Of a stretch of DNA of 64,000 bases, positions 37,980 to 51,345 are shown piece after piece. The notes below the pieces were generated by a model. It ran no database searches and was not told where the DNA came from. It saw nothing but the letters and a program-made list of their open reading frames with translations. Numbering within the stretch: position 1 is the stretch's first letter; each line of letters starts with the position of its first letter. Both the position numbers and the translations under genes were made by a program. Location of the stretch: assembly GCA_053919585.1 (NCBI GenBank), contig CM132796.1. One strand, 5' to 3'. This DNA comes from Euprymna scolopes. Its lineage: Eukaryota.

Positions 37980-40577
37980 ATATCTATCTATCTATATATC
38001 TTCAAAAGTGAACGTGTCTGTGTGTGTGTCTGTCTGTCTGTCTATCTGTGTACATTTACCTACGCAATAACTGTAACTTTTTAGTCCACAGACTCGAAAT
38101 TGATATACGGCGTACTGAGATTTAAGAAAATCGATGTGATCGGTTTTCGACCAGACATTTGGCTGTTAAGGGGCCAAAGTTCGAAGATTTGACTTTCGAG
38201 AACTCTACCGAACTCCGATAATATTGTGTCTAAACACTTGAAATTGTAGATATAGGTTCCTAGAACAGGGGTCTAACTTGATAACTTGATTTGAGACCAA
38301 AAAAATAAATGTTAAGGGTCATAATAGGGGTAAAAGTTAAAAAAAAATTAACCCATTTTTTTTTTTTTTTGCTCAGCATACATCCCCAAACACCCGCGCA
38401 ATGCCGTGTTGAAATGCTAATATATCTATAAAAGTGAACGTTACTGTGTGTCTGTGTGTCCGTTTGTCTGTCGGTGTGTCTGTGTACATTTCCCTACGAA
38501 ATAACTCTCTCAATTTTTATTCTACAGACTCGAAATTTGATATAAAAGGTATTGAGATTTGGGAAAATCGATTTGATCGTTTTTCGGCCAGAAATTTGGC
38601 TGTTAACGGGTCAAAGTTCAACGATTTGACTTTTGAAAACTCTACCAAACTCCTCCGACAATTTTGGGTATAAACACCTGTAAATTTTAGATACAGTTTC
38701 CTTGAACATGGATCTAATTTAATAACTTGATTTGAGCCCAAACCAATAAATTTCAAGGGGTCATAATAGGGGTCAAATTTTAAAAAATGTACTTTTTTTT
38801 GTTTTTGTTTTTTTATTTTGTGCTCAGCATACCCCTCCAAACACCGGACCAACGCCTGGACCCCATGCTAGTATATCTATAAAAGTGAACGTGTCTGTGT
38901 GTCAGTGTATCTGTGTGTCTGTCCCTTTTTGTGTGTTTGTGTACATTTCTCTACGCAATAACTCTCTCAATTTTTAATCTACAGACTCGAAATTTAATAT
39001 ACAGGGTACTGTGATTTGGGAAAATTTAGGTGATCTCTTTTCGGCCAGAAATTTTGCTGTTATGGGGTCAAAGTTCAACGATTTGACCTTTGAGGACTCT
39101 ACCAACTCCTCCGACAATTTTAGGGCTTAACACTTGAAATTTTGGATATAGGTTCCCTTGACATTGATCTAACTTGATAACTCGATTTGAACCCAAAACA
39201 ATAAATGTTAAGGGCTCATAAAAGGGGCAAGGCCGGGCCGAAATGTTAGTATATCTATAAAAATGAACGTGTCTGTGCGTCTGTGTGTGTCTGTCTGTGT
39301 ACATTTCTCTACGCAATAACTCTGACAATATTGTGTCTACAGACTTTAAATTTTCTATAAAGGGTGCTTAGATTTGAGAAAATCGATGTGATCGGTTTTC
39401 GGCAAGAAATTTGGCTGTTAAGGGGTCAACGTTCAACGATGTTACTTTTGAGAACTCTACCTAACTCCTCCGACAATTTGGGTTTAAACACTTGAAATTT
39501 TTATATAGGTTCCTTGGGCATGGATCTTACTTAATAACTTGAGTTGAGCCCAAAACAATAAAAGTTAAGCAGTAAGAATAGGGGACAAAATTTTTAAAAA
39601 TGCCCTTTTTTCTTGTTTTTTTTTTTTTTTGCTCAGCATACACTTCCAAACACCCGGGCAACGCCGGGCACCCATGCTAGTATATCTATAAAACTGACCG
39701 TATCTGTGTGTGTTGGTGTATGTGTGTGTGCACATTTCACCACGCAATAACTTTGGTCAATTTTAAGTCTACAGACTCGAAATTTGATATACAGGGGGCT
39801 GAGATTTGGGAAAATTTTTGTGATTGGTTTTCGGCCAAAAATTTGACTGCTATAGGATCAAAGTTCAAGGATTTGACCTTTGAGAACTCTACCAAACTCC
39901 TCTGAGTATTTTGGGCCTAAACACTTGAAATTTTAGATATATGTTTCTTTGACATGGATCTAAATTAATAACTCGATTTGAGCCGAAAACAAGAAATGTT
40001 AAGGGCCATAATTTGGGTCACATGAAAACAAATGACCTCTCAGACAATTTTTGGTCTAAAAATTTTTAATTTTACATAAAGGGTATTCAGAGATAGGACA
40101 AGCTTTTTCATCAGTTTTGATCGGAAATTTTTAGTTAGCAATATATAAGATTTAGGCGGACATGGAAACATACATACATATGTATGTATGCTTCCATGTC
40201 CGCCTAAATCTTTCAATAGTGGCGACGTATTTTACCAAGATCGGTATTGTTTTAAAGTTCGACATTTCATACGACGAATATCGAAAAATAAGCTAAACGA
40301 ATTTATATCTTCACCTTCAACAAGACACTTTTCTACAGGGGGGTCGCTTTTTCCGTCGATATTTTTTAAAGTCATCCTCTCCTTACGATTGCCTAGCCTA
40401 GATGATAACATAACTCCTTTCAGGTTTGGCGGTCGTCGTAACCGCAAAGACGTCAGATTGTCCCCCACGTTTTTTTTCTTCTTTGCGATACAGGTTCGGG
40501 CCTGCCTTCCTAATACCATTTTTTTTTGCTCAACATGCACACCCAAACACGCGGGTAAAGCTGGGCTGAAATGCTAG
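37980..40577 (+). mobile_element. Head-to-tail array of 5 Helitron family A units
   Basis: Hairpin + CTAG-like termini at ~38420, 38871, 39249, 39680 and 40577. Internal junctions read CTAG-TATATCTATAAAA (or a one-base variant). Confidence 0.85.
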
Positions 40578-40945
40578 TCTTCTATACTCCTATAACTCTA
40601 GTTTTCTTTTGTGTGTATCGATATTCATATTAAAAACCCTCTATTCTATTTATTTAAAAAGAAAATACAACTTTCGTATATCTTGGTTGTGGAAATGCAT
40701 TCACTAGCAAACGATCTAGCTACTTTGCATATTCTTTTTAAAATTTATTTAAATTTATTCTCTATTAGTTGCTTCGGTTTTTTTAATGGGATAATCATCT
40801 TTAGTTAACTATTACCTGTAATTATATTCATGCAGATATTGTAAATGATTAATAATTGCATAATATTTGCAAAATAAAGTTTATAGTAAACACAAAATTG
40901 TTTCCATATATATTTATGTATACGTATATATTTTTGTTAAACAAA

Positions 40946-43140
40946 TCTATCTATATATATATATATATAAAACAGAACGGGTTTGTGTATCTGTGTGTCA
41001 GTGTACATTTCCATATGCAATAACGCTGTCAAGTATTTGTCTACATACTCGAAATTTGATATACAGGGTACTGAGATTTGGGAAAATCGATGTGATCGGT
41101 TTTTAGCTAGTAATTTGGCGATTAAAGTTTTAAAAAATTGACATCTGCGATCTCTTCCAAATTACTCAGACAATTTCTGGTCTAAATATTTGAAATTTTA
41201 CATAAAGGGTATTCAGAGATAGGGCAAGCGTTTTCATCGGTTTTGGTTGAAAATTTTTAGTTACCCATATATAAATGTATGTATGTATGTTTGCATGTCT
41301 GCCTTAAACTTTCAATAGAGGCGACGGATTTTATCAAGATCAGTAGCGTTTTGAAGTGCGACCTTTAATACGACAAATATCGAAGAATTAGCAAGAAACA
41401 TTAATATCTTCCCCTTCAACTAGGCACTTTTTTGCAGGGGGGTCACTTTTTTCTCCGATATTTTTTAAAGTTATCCTCCCCTTTAGATTGCCTAGTCTTA
41501 ATTTTTAAAAAATGTCACTTCCAGTTTGGCGGTGGTCGTAACAGCATAGACATTAGGTTTTTTAACCTGTTCTTTTCCTCCTTCGCGGTACGGGTTGAAG
41601 CCTTCCTTCGTACTTCCACATTTTTTTTTTGTTGTTCAACAGACACATCCAAACAGCCGGGCAACGCCGGGCCGAAATGCTAGAATGTCTATAAAAGTGA
41701 AAGCGTCTGTGTACATTTCCATACGCAATAACTGTATTAATTTTTAGTCTACAGACTTGAAATTTGATATACGGCCAGAAATTTAGCGATTAATAGGTCA
41801 AAGTTTAACGATTTGACTTTTGAGAACGCTATCGAACTCCTCCGACAATTTTGGGTGTAAACACTTGAAAGTTTAGATATAGGTTTCTTGGACATGGCGC
41901 TAACTTAATAAGTTTATTTTAGCCCAAAAGAATAAATGTCAAGGGGTCATAATAGGGGTCAAACTTTTAAAAAATTGACCGTGTTTTTTTTTTTTTTTGA
42001 TCAGCATACACCTCCAAACACCCGGGCAACGCCGGGAACTCATGCAAGTATATCTATAAAAGTGAATGTTTCTCTGTGTGTATCTGTGTATGTGTACATT
42101 TTGCAAAGCAATAACTCTGTCAATTTTCAGTCTACAGACTCAAAATTTGATATACAGTGTTCTGAGATTTGGGAAATCGGTTTTTGGCAAGAAATTTCGC
42201 TGTTAAGGTGTCAAAGTTCAATGGTTTAACCTTTGAGAACTCTACCAATCTCCTCCGACAATTTTTGATCTAAACACTTGAAATTTTAGATATAAGTTTT
42301 CTGGACAGGGATTTTACTTAATAATTCATTTTGAGCCCCAAACCATAAATTTTAACGGGTCATAATAGGCGTCAAATAAAGCACTGACCGTTTTGTTTTT
42401 TTTTTTCTCTCAGCAAAGTGAACGTGTCTGTGTGTCTGTAGGTCTGTCTGTGTACATTTTCCTTCGAAATAACTCTGTCAATTTTCAGTCTAAAGACTCG
42501 AAATTTGATATACTGGGTACTGAGATTTGGAAAAATGTACGCGATCGGTTTTTGGCCGCAAATTTGGCTCTTAATGGGTCATAGTTCAACGATTTGACCT
42601 TTGGGAACTCTACCAAACTCCTTCGACAATTTCGGTCTAAACACCTGAAATTTTAGATATAGGTTCCTTGAACATGGATCCATCTTAATAACTCGATTTG
42701 AGCCAAAAATAATACATTTTAAGGGGTCACGCCGGGCACCCATTCTAGTATATCTATAAAGGTGAACGTATCTGCGTATATGTGGGTCTGTGTATGTATG
42801 TGTCTGTGTGTGTACATTTCCCTACCCAATAACTTTGTCAATGTTCAGCCTACAGACTAGAGTTTTTATAAAAAGGGTACTGAAACTTGGGAAAATCTTT
42901 GTGATAAGTTTTCTGCCAGAAATTTGGCTATTAAAGGGTCAAAGTTCGAAACTCTACCAAACTTCTCCGACAATTTTGCGTCTAAACACATTGAAATTTT
43001 AGATATATTTTTCTTGGACATTATTAAACTTGATTTCTGCCCAACACAATAAAGGTTAAGACGTCATAATAGGGGGCAAAATAAAAAGAAAACTCTGCGA
43101 TCTCTACCAAATTACTCAGATAATTTCTGGTCTAAAAATT
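40946..43140 (+). mobile_element. Third Helitron family A array (about 5 units, some truncated)
   Basis: Termini at 41683, 42048 and 42748. A deleted junction lies at ~42415. The last unit is truncated at ~43140. Confidence 0.8.
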
Positions 43141-43518
43141 TACACCTTGTCTCGGAAGCCGAGAAAACGCATATCTTATTTTATTTTAATAATATTATTT
43201 GAATTCTTTCCGCTTCTCCTTTTGTGAATTATTCCATGGATTTCGGCCTTTTGGATTATTTTGGACCATTTTCCAATTACGCGATTTCCTTGGATTTCAC
43301 TTGTGCGAATGGAAATTTAACTAACTTACATTTTTTTAATTTTACCGTCATCGGATACTTTACTTTTCACCAGACTATCCACTCACGTGAAATCGCTTAT
43401 TTCTTCACCCTATTCCCTATCCTTCACTTTTTGTTATCAAGTAAGATCTTTGACTATCTTAGAGTTTCATCAAAAACTTTTGCATGCAAAATCCGATCCC
43501 GCATTTTGCTAATTCAAA

Positions 43519-43567
43519 CCCTCTGATGAGAAGGAAAGAATTTCTTCGAAACTCCGCGGATTAAGGA
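43519..43567 (+). ncRNA. Minimal hammerhead motif (family D) in a Penelope pLTR-like region (~43145-43650)
   Basis: CCT-CTGATGA-GAAGGA..TTCTTC-GAAAC-TCCGCGGA-TTA-AGG. Palindromic stem III with one mismatch next to the cleavage site. AATAAA and (TA)n follow. Confidence 0.6.
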
Positions 43568-43656
43568 ATATCCACTTATTTAGTGTTTCGTTTTCCAAAT
43601 AAATGTTTTTAACTCTTTTTAGAAGTGTTTTTAATATGTTTTATTAACTATTTTCT

Positions 43657-43715
<59 letters not shown>

Positions 43716-43856
43716 TTGATGCTCAATGGTAATGAGCATTTGCAGGAGATATATGTGGTAAGTATATTTTATTATCATGTATGATTTCTTTATACGATAT
43801 CATATCGAACATATTTCGTTTCGAAAGAATTGTTTTTTTCTCCATTTTATATATAT

Positions 43857-44723
43857 ACTAGTAGTTCAGCCCGGTTTTACTCGGGCCCTTACTACTGTTA
43901 ATAATTTTCCCTATATGTGATTACTAGGGCTGAGACAACATCATGTGTTTCTAATTTTTTGTACTCTCGAGTATATATCCGACACAGTTAGACCCAGTTA
44001 ATCAAACGATAACCAAATCACTCTATATAAAAGCATATAAGATATTAACGGATACACACTCGAGAGTTAAAACAATGAAAAATATATGCTGTTGTCCTAT
44101 CCCTAGAAATTATCTTTTTATGTAAAATTTCAAATGCTTAGAAAAAATTGTTTGAGTAATTTGTAAAGACAGCAGAGGTATTTTTTAAAACTTGGAACCC
44201 AATCTTGATCAAATCGAAACATAATGTTTAACCCATGTCTAAGTTACATACACTTTAGATTTATCATTTGGCGGCCAAATTTCCGCTCCAAAACTCATTA
44301 AAATGCTTGTCGTATGACTGAATACCCGTTATGTAAAATTTCATATGTTTAGACCAAAGAATTAGCTCAGTAGTTTGCCAGAGAAGGCAAAAGTTAATTC
44401 TTTGGAACTTTGACCCATTGGAAGCTCCAATTTTTCCCCAAACCGATTAAAATTTACCCATGTCCAATTAACCTACATCTAAAATTTGAAGTGTTTAGAC
44501 TCAAAATTGACGGAGTAGTTTGGTATTGATTTCAAAAGTAAAATCGTTGAACTTTGACTCCTTGAACGCCAAATTTCTGGTCGAAACCAATCAAAATATT
44601 CCCCAAAATCTTTATACCCATTATGTCAAATCCCGAGTCTGTAGACTGAAAATTGACAGCGTACTTTGGTAGGGAAATTTACACAGACAGATTGACACAC
44701 ACATACACACACACACATTTTCA

Positions 44724-44775
<52 letters not shown>

Positions 44776-45717
44776 AACATTTAATCTCGGTTTTGCTCAG
44801 GCCCTATGTACTATTTATAATTATATGTACATATGTATATATCATAAAGCCTGCACTTGCACCGTAATGCCTTTCTATAAATTTCTTAATTACCAGAGAA
44901 GAAAAGTTGGTGGAGACAGCAGAGGTCAAGTTTTTTTTACAAATTTTTACCCCAATTATAACCCCTTACCATTTAATGTTTGGGGCTTAAATAAAATTAA
45001 AACGTTTGATCCATGTCCAAGCTACCTACATCTAAAATTTCAAGTGTTTAGACCCCAAATTGGCTGAAGAATTTGGTAAAGCCTGCAAAGTTCAACTCTT
45101 TGAACTCCGAATTTTCGCCAAAAACTGATTAAAAAGCTTGCTGCATGTCTAAGTATCCTTTATATAAAATTTCAAATGTTTATGTCCAAAATTGGCTGAA
45201 TAGTTTACTACAGATTGCAAAGGTCAACTCTTTTAAACTTTGACCCATTGGTAACCAACTTTTCGATTCAAGATTTAAAAGCTTGTCCTATATTTGCATA
45301 CACTTAATGGAAAATTTCAAATGTTTAGACTAAAACTTTACTGAGTAATTTCGTAGAGACCGCATAGGCCAATTTTTTAAAACTTGGACCCCCAATTATT
45401 ACCCCTTAGCATTTATTGTTTTGGTTTCAAATCCGGTTATTATGTTAGATCAATGTCTAAGGAACATATATCTAAAATGTCAATTGTTTACACCCCGAAA
45501 TTGATGGAGGAGTTTGGTAGAGTTCGCAAAGGTCAAATGCTTGAATTTTGATCCTTTAACAGCCAATTTTCTGACCGAAAACAAATTAAAAACATGTTCT
45601 ATATCTTAATACCCCTTATGTTAAATTTCGATTCTGTAGACCGAAAATTGACAGAGTAATTTTATAGGGAAATGTACACAGACAGGCCCACACATTTTCA
45701 CTTTTTTACATATATAA

Positions 45718-45762
<45 letters not shown>

Positions 45763-47437
45763 CATATATATATATACATACTAGCATTTAAGACCGGCGT
45801 TGCCCGGGTGTTTAGAGGTATATGCTGAGCAATAAAAAAAAACGGTAGTAGGAAGGCAGGCTCGAACCCCTACCGCGATAGAGGAAAATAATGGCCAAAA
45901 ACGTGACGCTGCGGTCTCTATCAAATTACTAAGAAAATTTCTGGTCTAAACTTTTACAATTTTACATAAAGGGTATTCAGAGATAGGGTAAGCATTTTAA
46001 TCGGTTTGAGTCGAAAATTTGAGCAACCAATATATAATTTTTTTTGCGTATGTGTGTATGTCTGCTCAAAAATTTTGACAGAGGTGACGGATTTTCAAAA
46101 AGTCGGTATCGTTTTGAAGCCTGACTCTTCCGATAACAAATACCGAAAAATTGGCTAAAACATGTATTTTTTCACCCTAAACTGGGCACATTTCGCTTTT
46201 TTCGCCGATTGTGTCGAAAATCAGCGCCTCTTTTCGATTATGTAGCTTATTTAAAGCTACGTCACTTTCGGTTTGGCGGTGGTCGTAACGGCAAAGCCGT
46301 CACGTTGTTTTCCCTCCTGCGCGAAACGGGTTCGAGCCTGCCTTCCTACTACCACTTTTTTTTTCTCAACACACACCCTCAAACACCCGGACAACGCCAG
46401 GCTGAAATTCTAGTAAATCTATAAAAATTAAAATGTATGTCTGTCTTTTCTCTATGGTAGTTAAGCAAGATTATTATACAGGAAGGGATTACTTTACATG
46501 TTCACATTTTTTAATATATACATATGCACATAACTTTATGAACAGTACATAGGGTCCTAGCAAAGCCGGGAGGAACTGCTAGTATATCTAAAAAAGTGAA
46601 GGTGGCCTTCCATCTGTCTGTCTGTGTGTTTGTGTACATTTCCCTAAACAATATCTCTGTCAATTTTCAGCCTATAGACTCGAAATTTGATATACAGGGT
46701 AGTGAGGTTTGGGAAAATCTTTTTAATCAGTATTCGACGAGAAATTTGGTTGTAAAGAGTTCAGATTTCAACGATTTGACCTTTGAGAACTCCACCACAC
46801 TCCTCCGATAATTTTGGGTAGAAACACTTAACATTTTAGATATAGGTTCCTTTGGCATGGATCTAACTTAACTTGGTTTGAGCCCAAAACAATAAATGTT
46901 AAGGGATCATAATAGCGGTCAAAGTTTTTAAAAAAATGACCTCTGCGGTCTCTAAAAAATTACTCAGACAATTTCTGGTCTAAACATTGGAAATTTTACA
47001 TAAAAGTATTTAGAGATAGATTTCGTTATTGGTCGAAAATTTGAGCAACAAATATATAAATCTATGTATGTACGTTTGCATGTCTGCCTACAATTATCGA
47101 CAGAGGTGACGGATTTTCACATGGTCGGTATCGTTGGGAACAAATACCGAAATATTCCCTAAAAAACATTAATTTCTGCACCCTCAACTGGGCACTTTTC
47201 TACAGGAAGGGGTCGCTTTTTTCGCCGATACTTTCGAAAGTCATTCCCTCTTTTTGATCGTCTAGCCTTTATTTATAACTACGTCACTTCCGGTTTGGCG
47301 GTGGTCGTAACAGCAAAGATGTCACGTTTTTCCCCGTTCTTTCCTTCTCTGCGGTACGAGTTCGAGCCTGCCTTCCTACTACCACTTTTTTGTTGCTTAA
47401 CACACATCTCCAAGCACCCGCCGAGCACCCATGCTAG
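43857..47437. mobile_element. Cluster of further Helitron family A-related units in both orientations
   Basis: Minus-strand termini near 43858, ~44780 (degenerate) and 45781. Plus-strand CTAG termini near 46413, 46582 and 47437, two of them with head-to-tail junctions. Confidence 0.75.
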
Positions 47438-48060
47438 TTATTAATACGTATAATCAGTCAATAAAATACACAAAAAAATTCACACATTTTATTTCAGTTA
47501 CACATCCATATTTGAATTATAATGGACATGTTTATTTCAAAAGGAATATGAATTGCATCAGATTAAATTTATTAACGGCTATATTACTTTCTCTCCCTAG
47601 GCTATCTCGCCTTTTTTAATTTTTTTTTTTTTAAATTTTCAACGACTTTTTTCTGTTTTTCTTGTGGAACAGGGTCATACATTTTATTACATCTAAAGTA
47701 TATTTTCAAATATTGGGAATGGCGTTATCTTTTCGTGATTTCCTTCATCTTGAGAAAGTCTCAAAATAAAGCCGAAACGTTGATGAACATATAGCTTGAN
47801 NNNNNNNNNNNNNNNNNNNNNNNNNNNNNNNNNNNNNNNNNNNNNNNNNNNNNNNNNNNNNNNNNNNNNNNNNNNNNNNNNNNNNNNNNNNNNNNNNNNN
47901 NNNNNNNNNNNNNNNNNNNNNNNNNNNNNNNNNNNNNNNNNNNNNCACATAAAATTTATATTCGAAAGTATAGATTATGCGTAAACTTTAAGTATTTACT
48001 TCAAAAGTGATCAATACGTAGATAGAGCTAGTTAGTCATTTATGAAATATATATGGCGAT

Positions 48061-48180
48061 TAAGCTACACTGAATATTCGGCGTTTCGTCCACTCTAGGA
48101 TTCCTCAGGTACTGAATATTCGGCGTTTATGCCTTAGGAATCCTAGAATGGATGAAACGCCGAATATTCAGTGTAGCTTA
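48061..48180. ncRNA. Inverted pair of family A hammerhead motifs, both damaged
   Basis: The minus copy (48061-48109) keeps CUGAGGA/GAAA/GUA but has lost stem I. The plus copy (~48127-48180) has CUUAGGA. The upstream body matches 22578-22670. Confidence 0.65.
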
Positions 48181-49319
48181 ATCGCCNNNNNNNNNNNNNN
48201 NNNNNNNNNNNNNNNNNNNNNNNNNNNNNNNNNNNNNNNNNNNNNNNNNNNNNNNNNNNNNNNNNNNNNNNNNNNNNNNNNNNNNNNNNNNNNNNNNNNN
48301 NNNNNNNNNNNNNNNNNNNNNNNNNNNNNNNNNNNNNNNNNNNNNNNNNNNNNNNNNNNNNNNNNNNNNNNNNNNNNNNNNNNNNNNNNNNNNNATACTG
48401 ATTACGAGAAACAGTAATTTTAATTCCTCAACTGATGTATTTATTCGCTTAAACGTATGTTATTATGAATGCAATCCCGGACGAACATCCTAAAAGACAT
48501 TCGATTTTTTCTCTTCTTCCTCACATATACAAACAGATTTATTTAAAGTAATTGATAGAAATATTCGTTTTCCCTGCCTCATCTTCTCCGATGTTTATAT
48601 AGAAGTAGATGCATCATTGATCGATAAGAATCGATCTTGGCTATCGGAACTTTCTGCACTTGGAAACATTCTGCCATTGCTAGAGTATTGGCCTGAGAGT
48701 AGACAGATTCACTGTCATGGCCGTTGGCATCAAACGAAGTCTCGCTTCTGGCAGATAAAAGGGAGGCCAGTCATTTATAGCTTGTGCAGATTGAAGAGGA
48801 AAATATTGTAAAAAATGTACTGTGTGTAGGTTTCAGGATTGAGAAAACGCAGTGAAATTGGTTTAATGTTTGTTAACAGGGACTATTGAATCGACGTATC
48901 GCAGATTATATTTACGGCAAAACCCTACGATTACCTTTCAAAATACCCGCGATTTATTTTCCTCACACTGGTGTTACATTGTAAGAGTCACATCCTCTTT
49001 ACATCCTGTGAATATTATCAAATATTTTTTAAGTAGGCTTTCTCAATATTATGGTTTATTTCAGTAAATGTAGAATGATGCACATCGGGCAGAATGTATA
49101 GCTAAATATGATATTCTCGTATTTTCTGAGTGATAAAAGGAACTAGACTTTATCAGTTATTAGTGATAATAAGCCTGCCCAAAGTAACAGTTCTCTTGGC
49201 ATTTGTCTAATGGATGTCTGGTCAGCGCTCTCTCCTCAGTCTTTCCATCTTCCGTAAGCCTACTCGGCCATTTTGCATCATTCTTTGCGGGAGTGATTGA
49301 GTAATGGGAGAGAGGATGT

Positions 49320-51045
49320 AAGGTTTCATGTTTTGTCTCTGCAGCAGCTCGTCTGGTCCGAACACGTGACTCATGTATTAGTCTCCGCATTCCAGAGTTT
49401 CCCTTGATATTTCAGTTGTTTTCATTATTGTTATTCGTTGTCTTTTCCAGCCATTCCTCTGATTCAAATTTCTCCCATTCTCTTCTACAGGGTTTTTCGG
49501 AATTGTTCCTAGTGCACCTACTATTATAAGTACTATCTTGATTTTTTTCATCATCCATTTCGCTTTCAGCTCTCTGACTAGCTCTGTGTATTGGCTCCGT
49601 TTCTCCTTTTCTTTAATATTTATCCTGTGGTCAGCTGGGACATCAAAGTTTACAATTAAACAGAACGTTTCTTTCTTGTTTATTATTAAGACATACGGTC
49701 TTCTTGCTTGGTTTGGTTTATCCGTTTGTATGTTTATGTCTCATGGGGTTTTGTGATTCTCGTTTTCAATTACTGTTGCTAGCTTATGCTTGCACCATTT
49801 GCCTGTGCGTTTGAGATGCAGTTGTTTGCACGATTCCCAATTAGTCGTGCCTGTTCTTGTATTTCTCCTGGGCTAGTTCGCTACATTAGTTACTATATGG
49901 TTTATAGTTGTGTCTCTTTGTCTACAGAGTCTCCATTTGCTGTTTTCTTGTGTTTTGTCGATATTAGCGTTGATGTGTTTGGTTCTTATCGAGTTATCTT
50001 GTGGTGTAGTTATGAAGGAGTCAGTTTCTCGGTTTACGTGTTCATTTCGCATTAATGTCCCAGTGTTTTCGTTAATCTCAACATTTTATCATCCTAAGTA
50101 ATGTTCCGGGTAGTTATTTCTCTTCCCATTTTTCTTTTTTTTGTTGTTTTATCTTCTCTCTGTTTTCTGTTTTATTGACTTTTCCGTGATTAATCTTTCA
50201 GTCTTTCGCATTATGTATTTTTTAGTTCCTTTTTTGAGCCATTCATACAGCCTTCCATACAGATCATTCCCATCCGGTCGCCTTTCCTTTTCACATAGAG
50301 TCGATCAACAAAGTCCTTTGGGTGTAGTGCGGTGTGCATGGTCCTGAGTTTCCTGGTCTTCTGATCGCGCTGCCGCAGTTGTTCTTTATTCCAGCTTATG
50401 AACGGTTCAGAGTATCTTACTAGTGATACTGCCCATGTATTTATACTTTTTATTAGGTTTCTGCTATATAATTTAGTTTCCAGAAGTTTTCTTGTTCTCC
50501 TGAAATATTCCTTCCCAATTCTCTCGTTCATTACTGTAGTTTTGATGGCGTCTGCTTCCAGAACTCTCATGTATTTCTGGGCGTCTTATTCCCCTAGTGC
50601 AATCATCTCCGTTTGGGGGTGGTAGTTCCATGCCTTCTATCGTCTCCAGTTTATCTTTTCTTATCACTAGTAGTGCGCATTTTTCCATACCAAACTATAT
50701 TTGGATGTCCTGGCTGAAGATCCTGGTGGTGTTTATTAATATCTCTAGTTCAAATCCTCCATGCACAAGGTGGTTAATATTTTTCCTCTCTGTTAGAGAA
50801 CTTGTATCCGGCTTGGCACTTTCTCAGTATATTGTTCTGGGGCATCATGGCTACTAAGTACAGTGATGGCAATAGATAATGCCTCTTTGTGTGTTCATTT
50901 CCGTTATGTGTTGCCCATCAATTGTCAGTTCCAGTCGCCACCTTCTCATTGAATTTACAATAACGTTGATGATACTGCTTGGTATTTTATACGTTGACTT
51001 CTCCAGGCTAGGGGGAGTCTGTCGTACGTCTTTTTGTAGTCTATC

Positions 51046-51103
<58 letters not shown>

Positions 51104-51290
51104 GTTGTTATTATTGCTAAACTCTTTCTTCTGCCCTTTACCTCCTTAAAGATATTTTAATCTATATATAGCAGATCATGTGTTCCTCTTTTTCCTTTCT
51201 GGCATCCTTTCTGTTCCTCGAAGAGGAGTGCAGATTTATTCAGGGAGTGGTAGATTTGTTCTCTCGGTTGTGCTGTTAGTATTTTCTATT
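49320..51290 (-). mobile_element. R4/Dong-clade non-LTR retrotransposon, 5'-truncated and degenerate
   Basis: EEQKGC, WIDYKKTYD, KEYFRRTRKLLETKLYSRNLIKSINTWAVSLVRYS, LHPKDFVDRLYV and restriction-like endonuclease IQTDK..ARRP..IIVGALGTIPK. Abuts a (TAA)n tract. Confidence 0.85.
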
Positions 51291-51295
51291 ATTTC

Positions 51296-51345
<50 letters not shown>

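Noticed and set aside
37980-43140. Regular repeats as a CRISPR-like or coding repeat array
   Set aside because: Units are ~400 bp homologous bodies with Helitron termini, no unique spacers and no conserved ORF.
47745-47785. ttgagaaagtct..agccgaaacgttg, Penelope hammerhead-like
   Set aside because: The CUGANGA box is absent and the context is lost in a gap.
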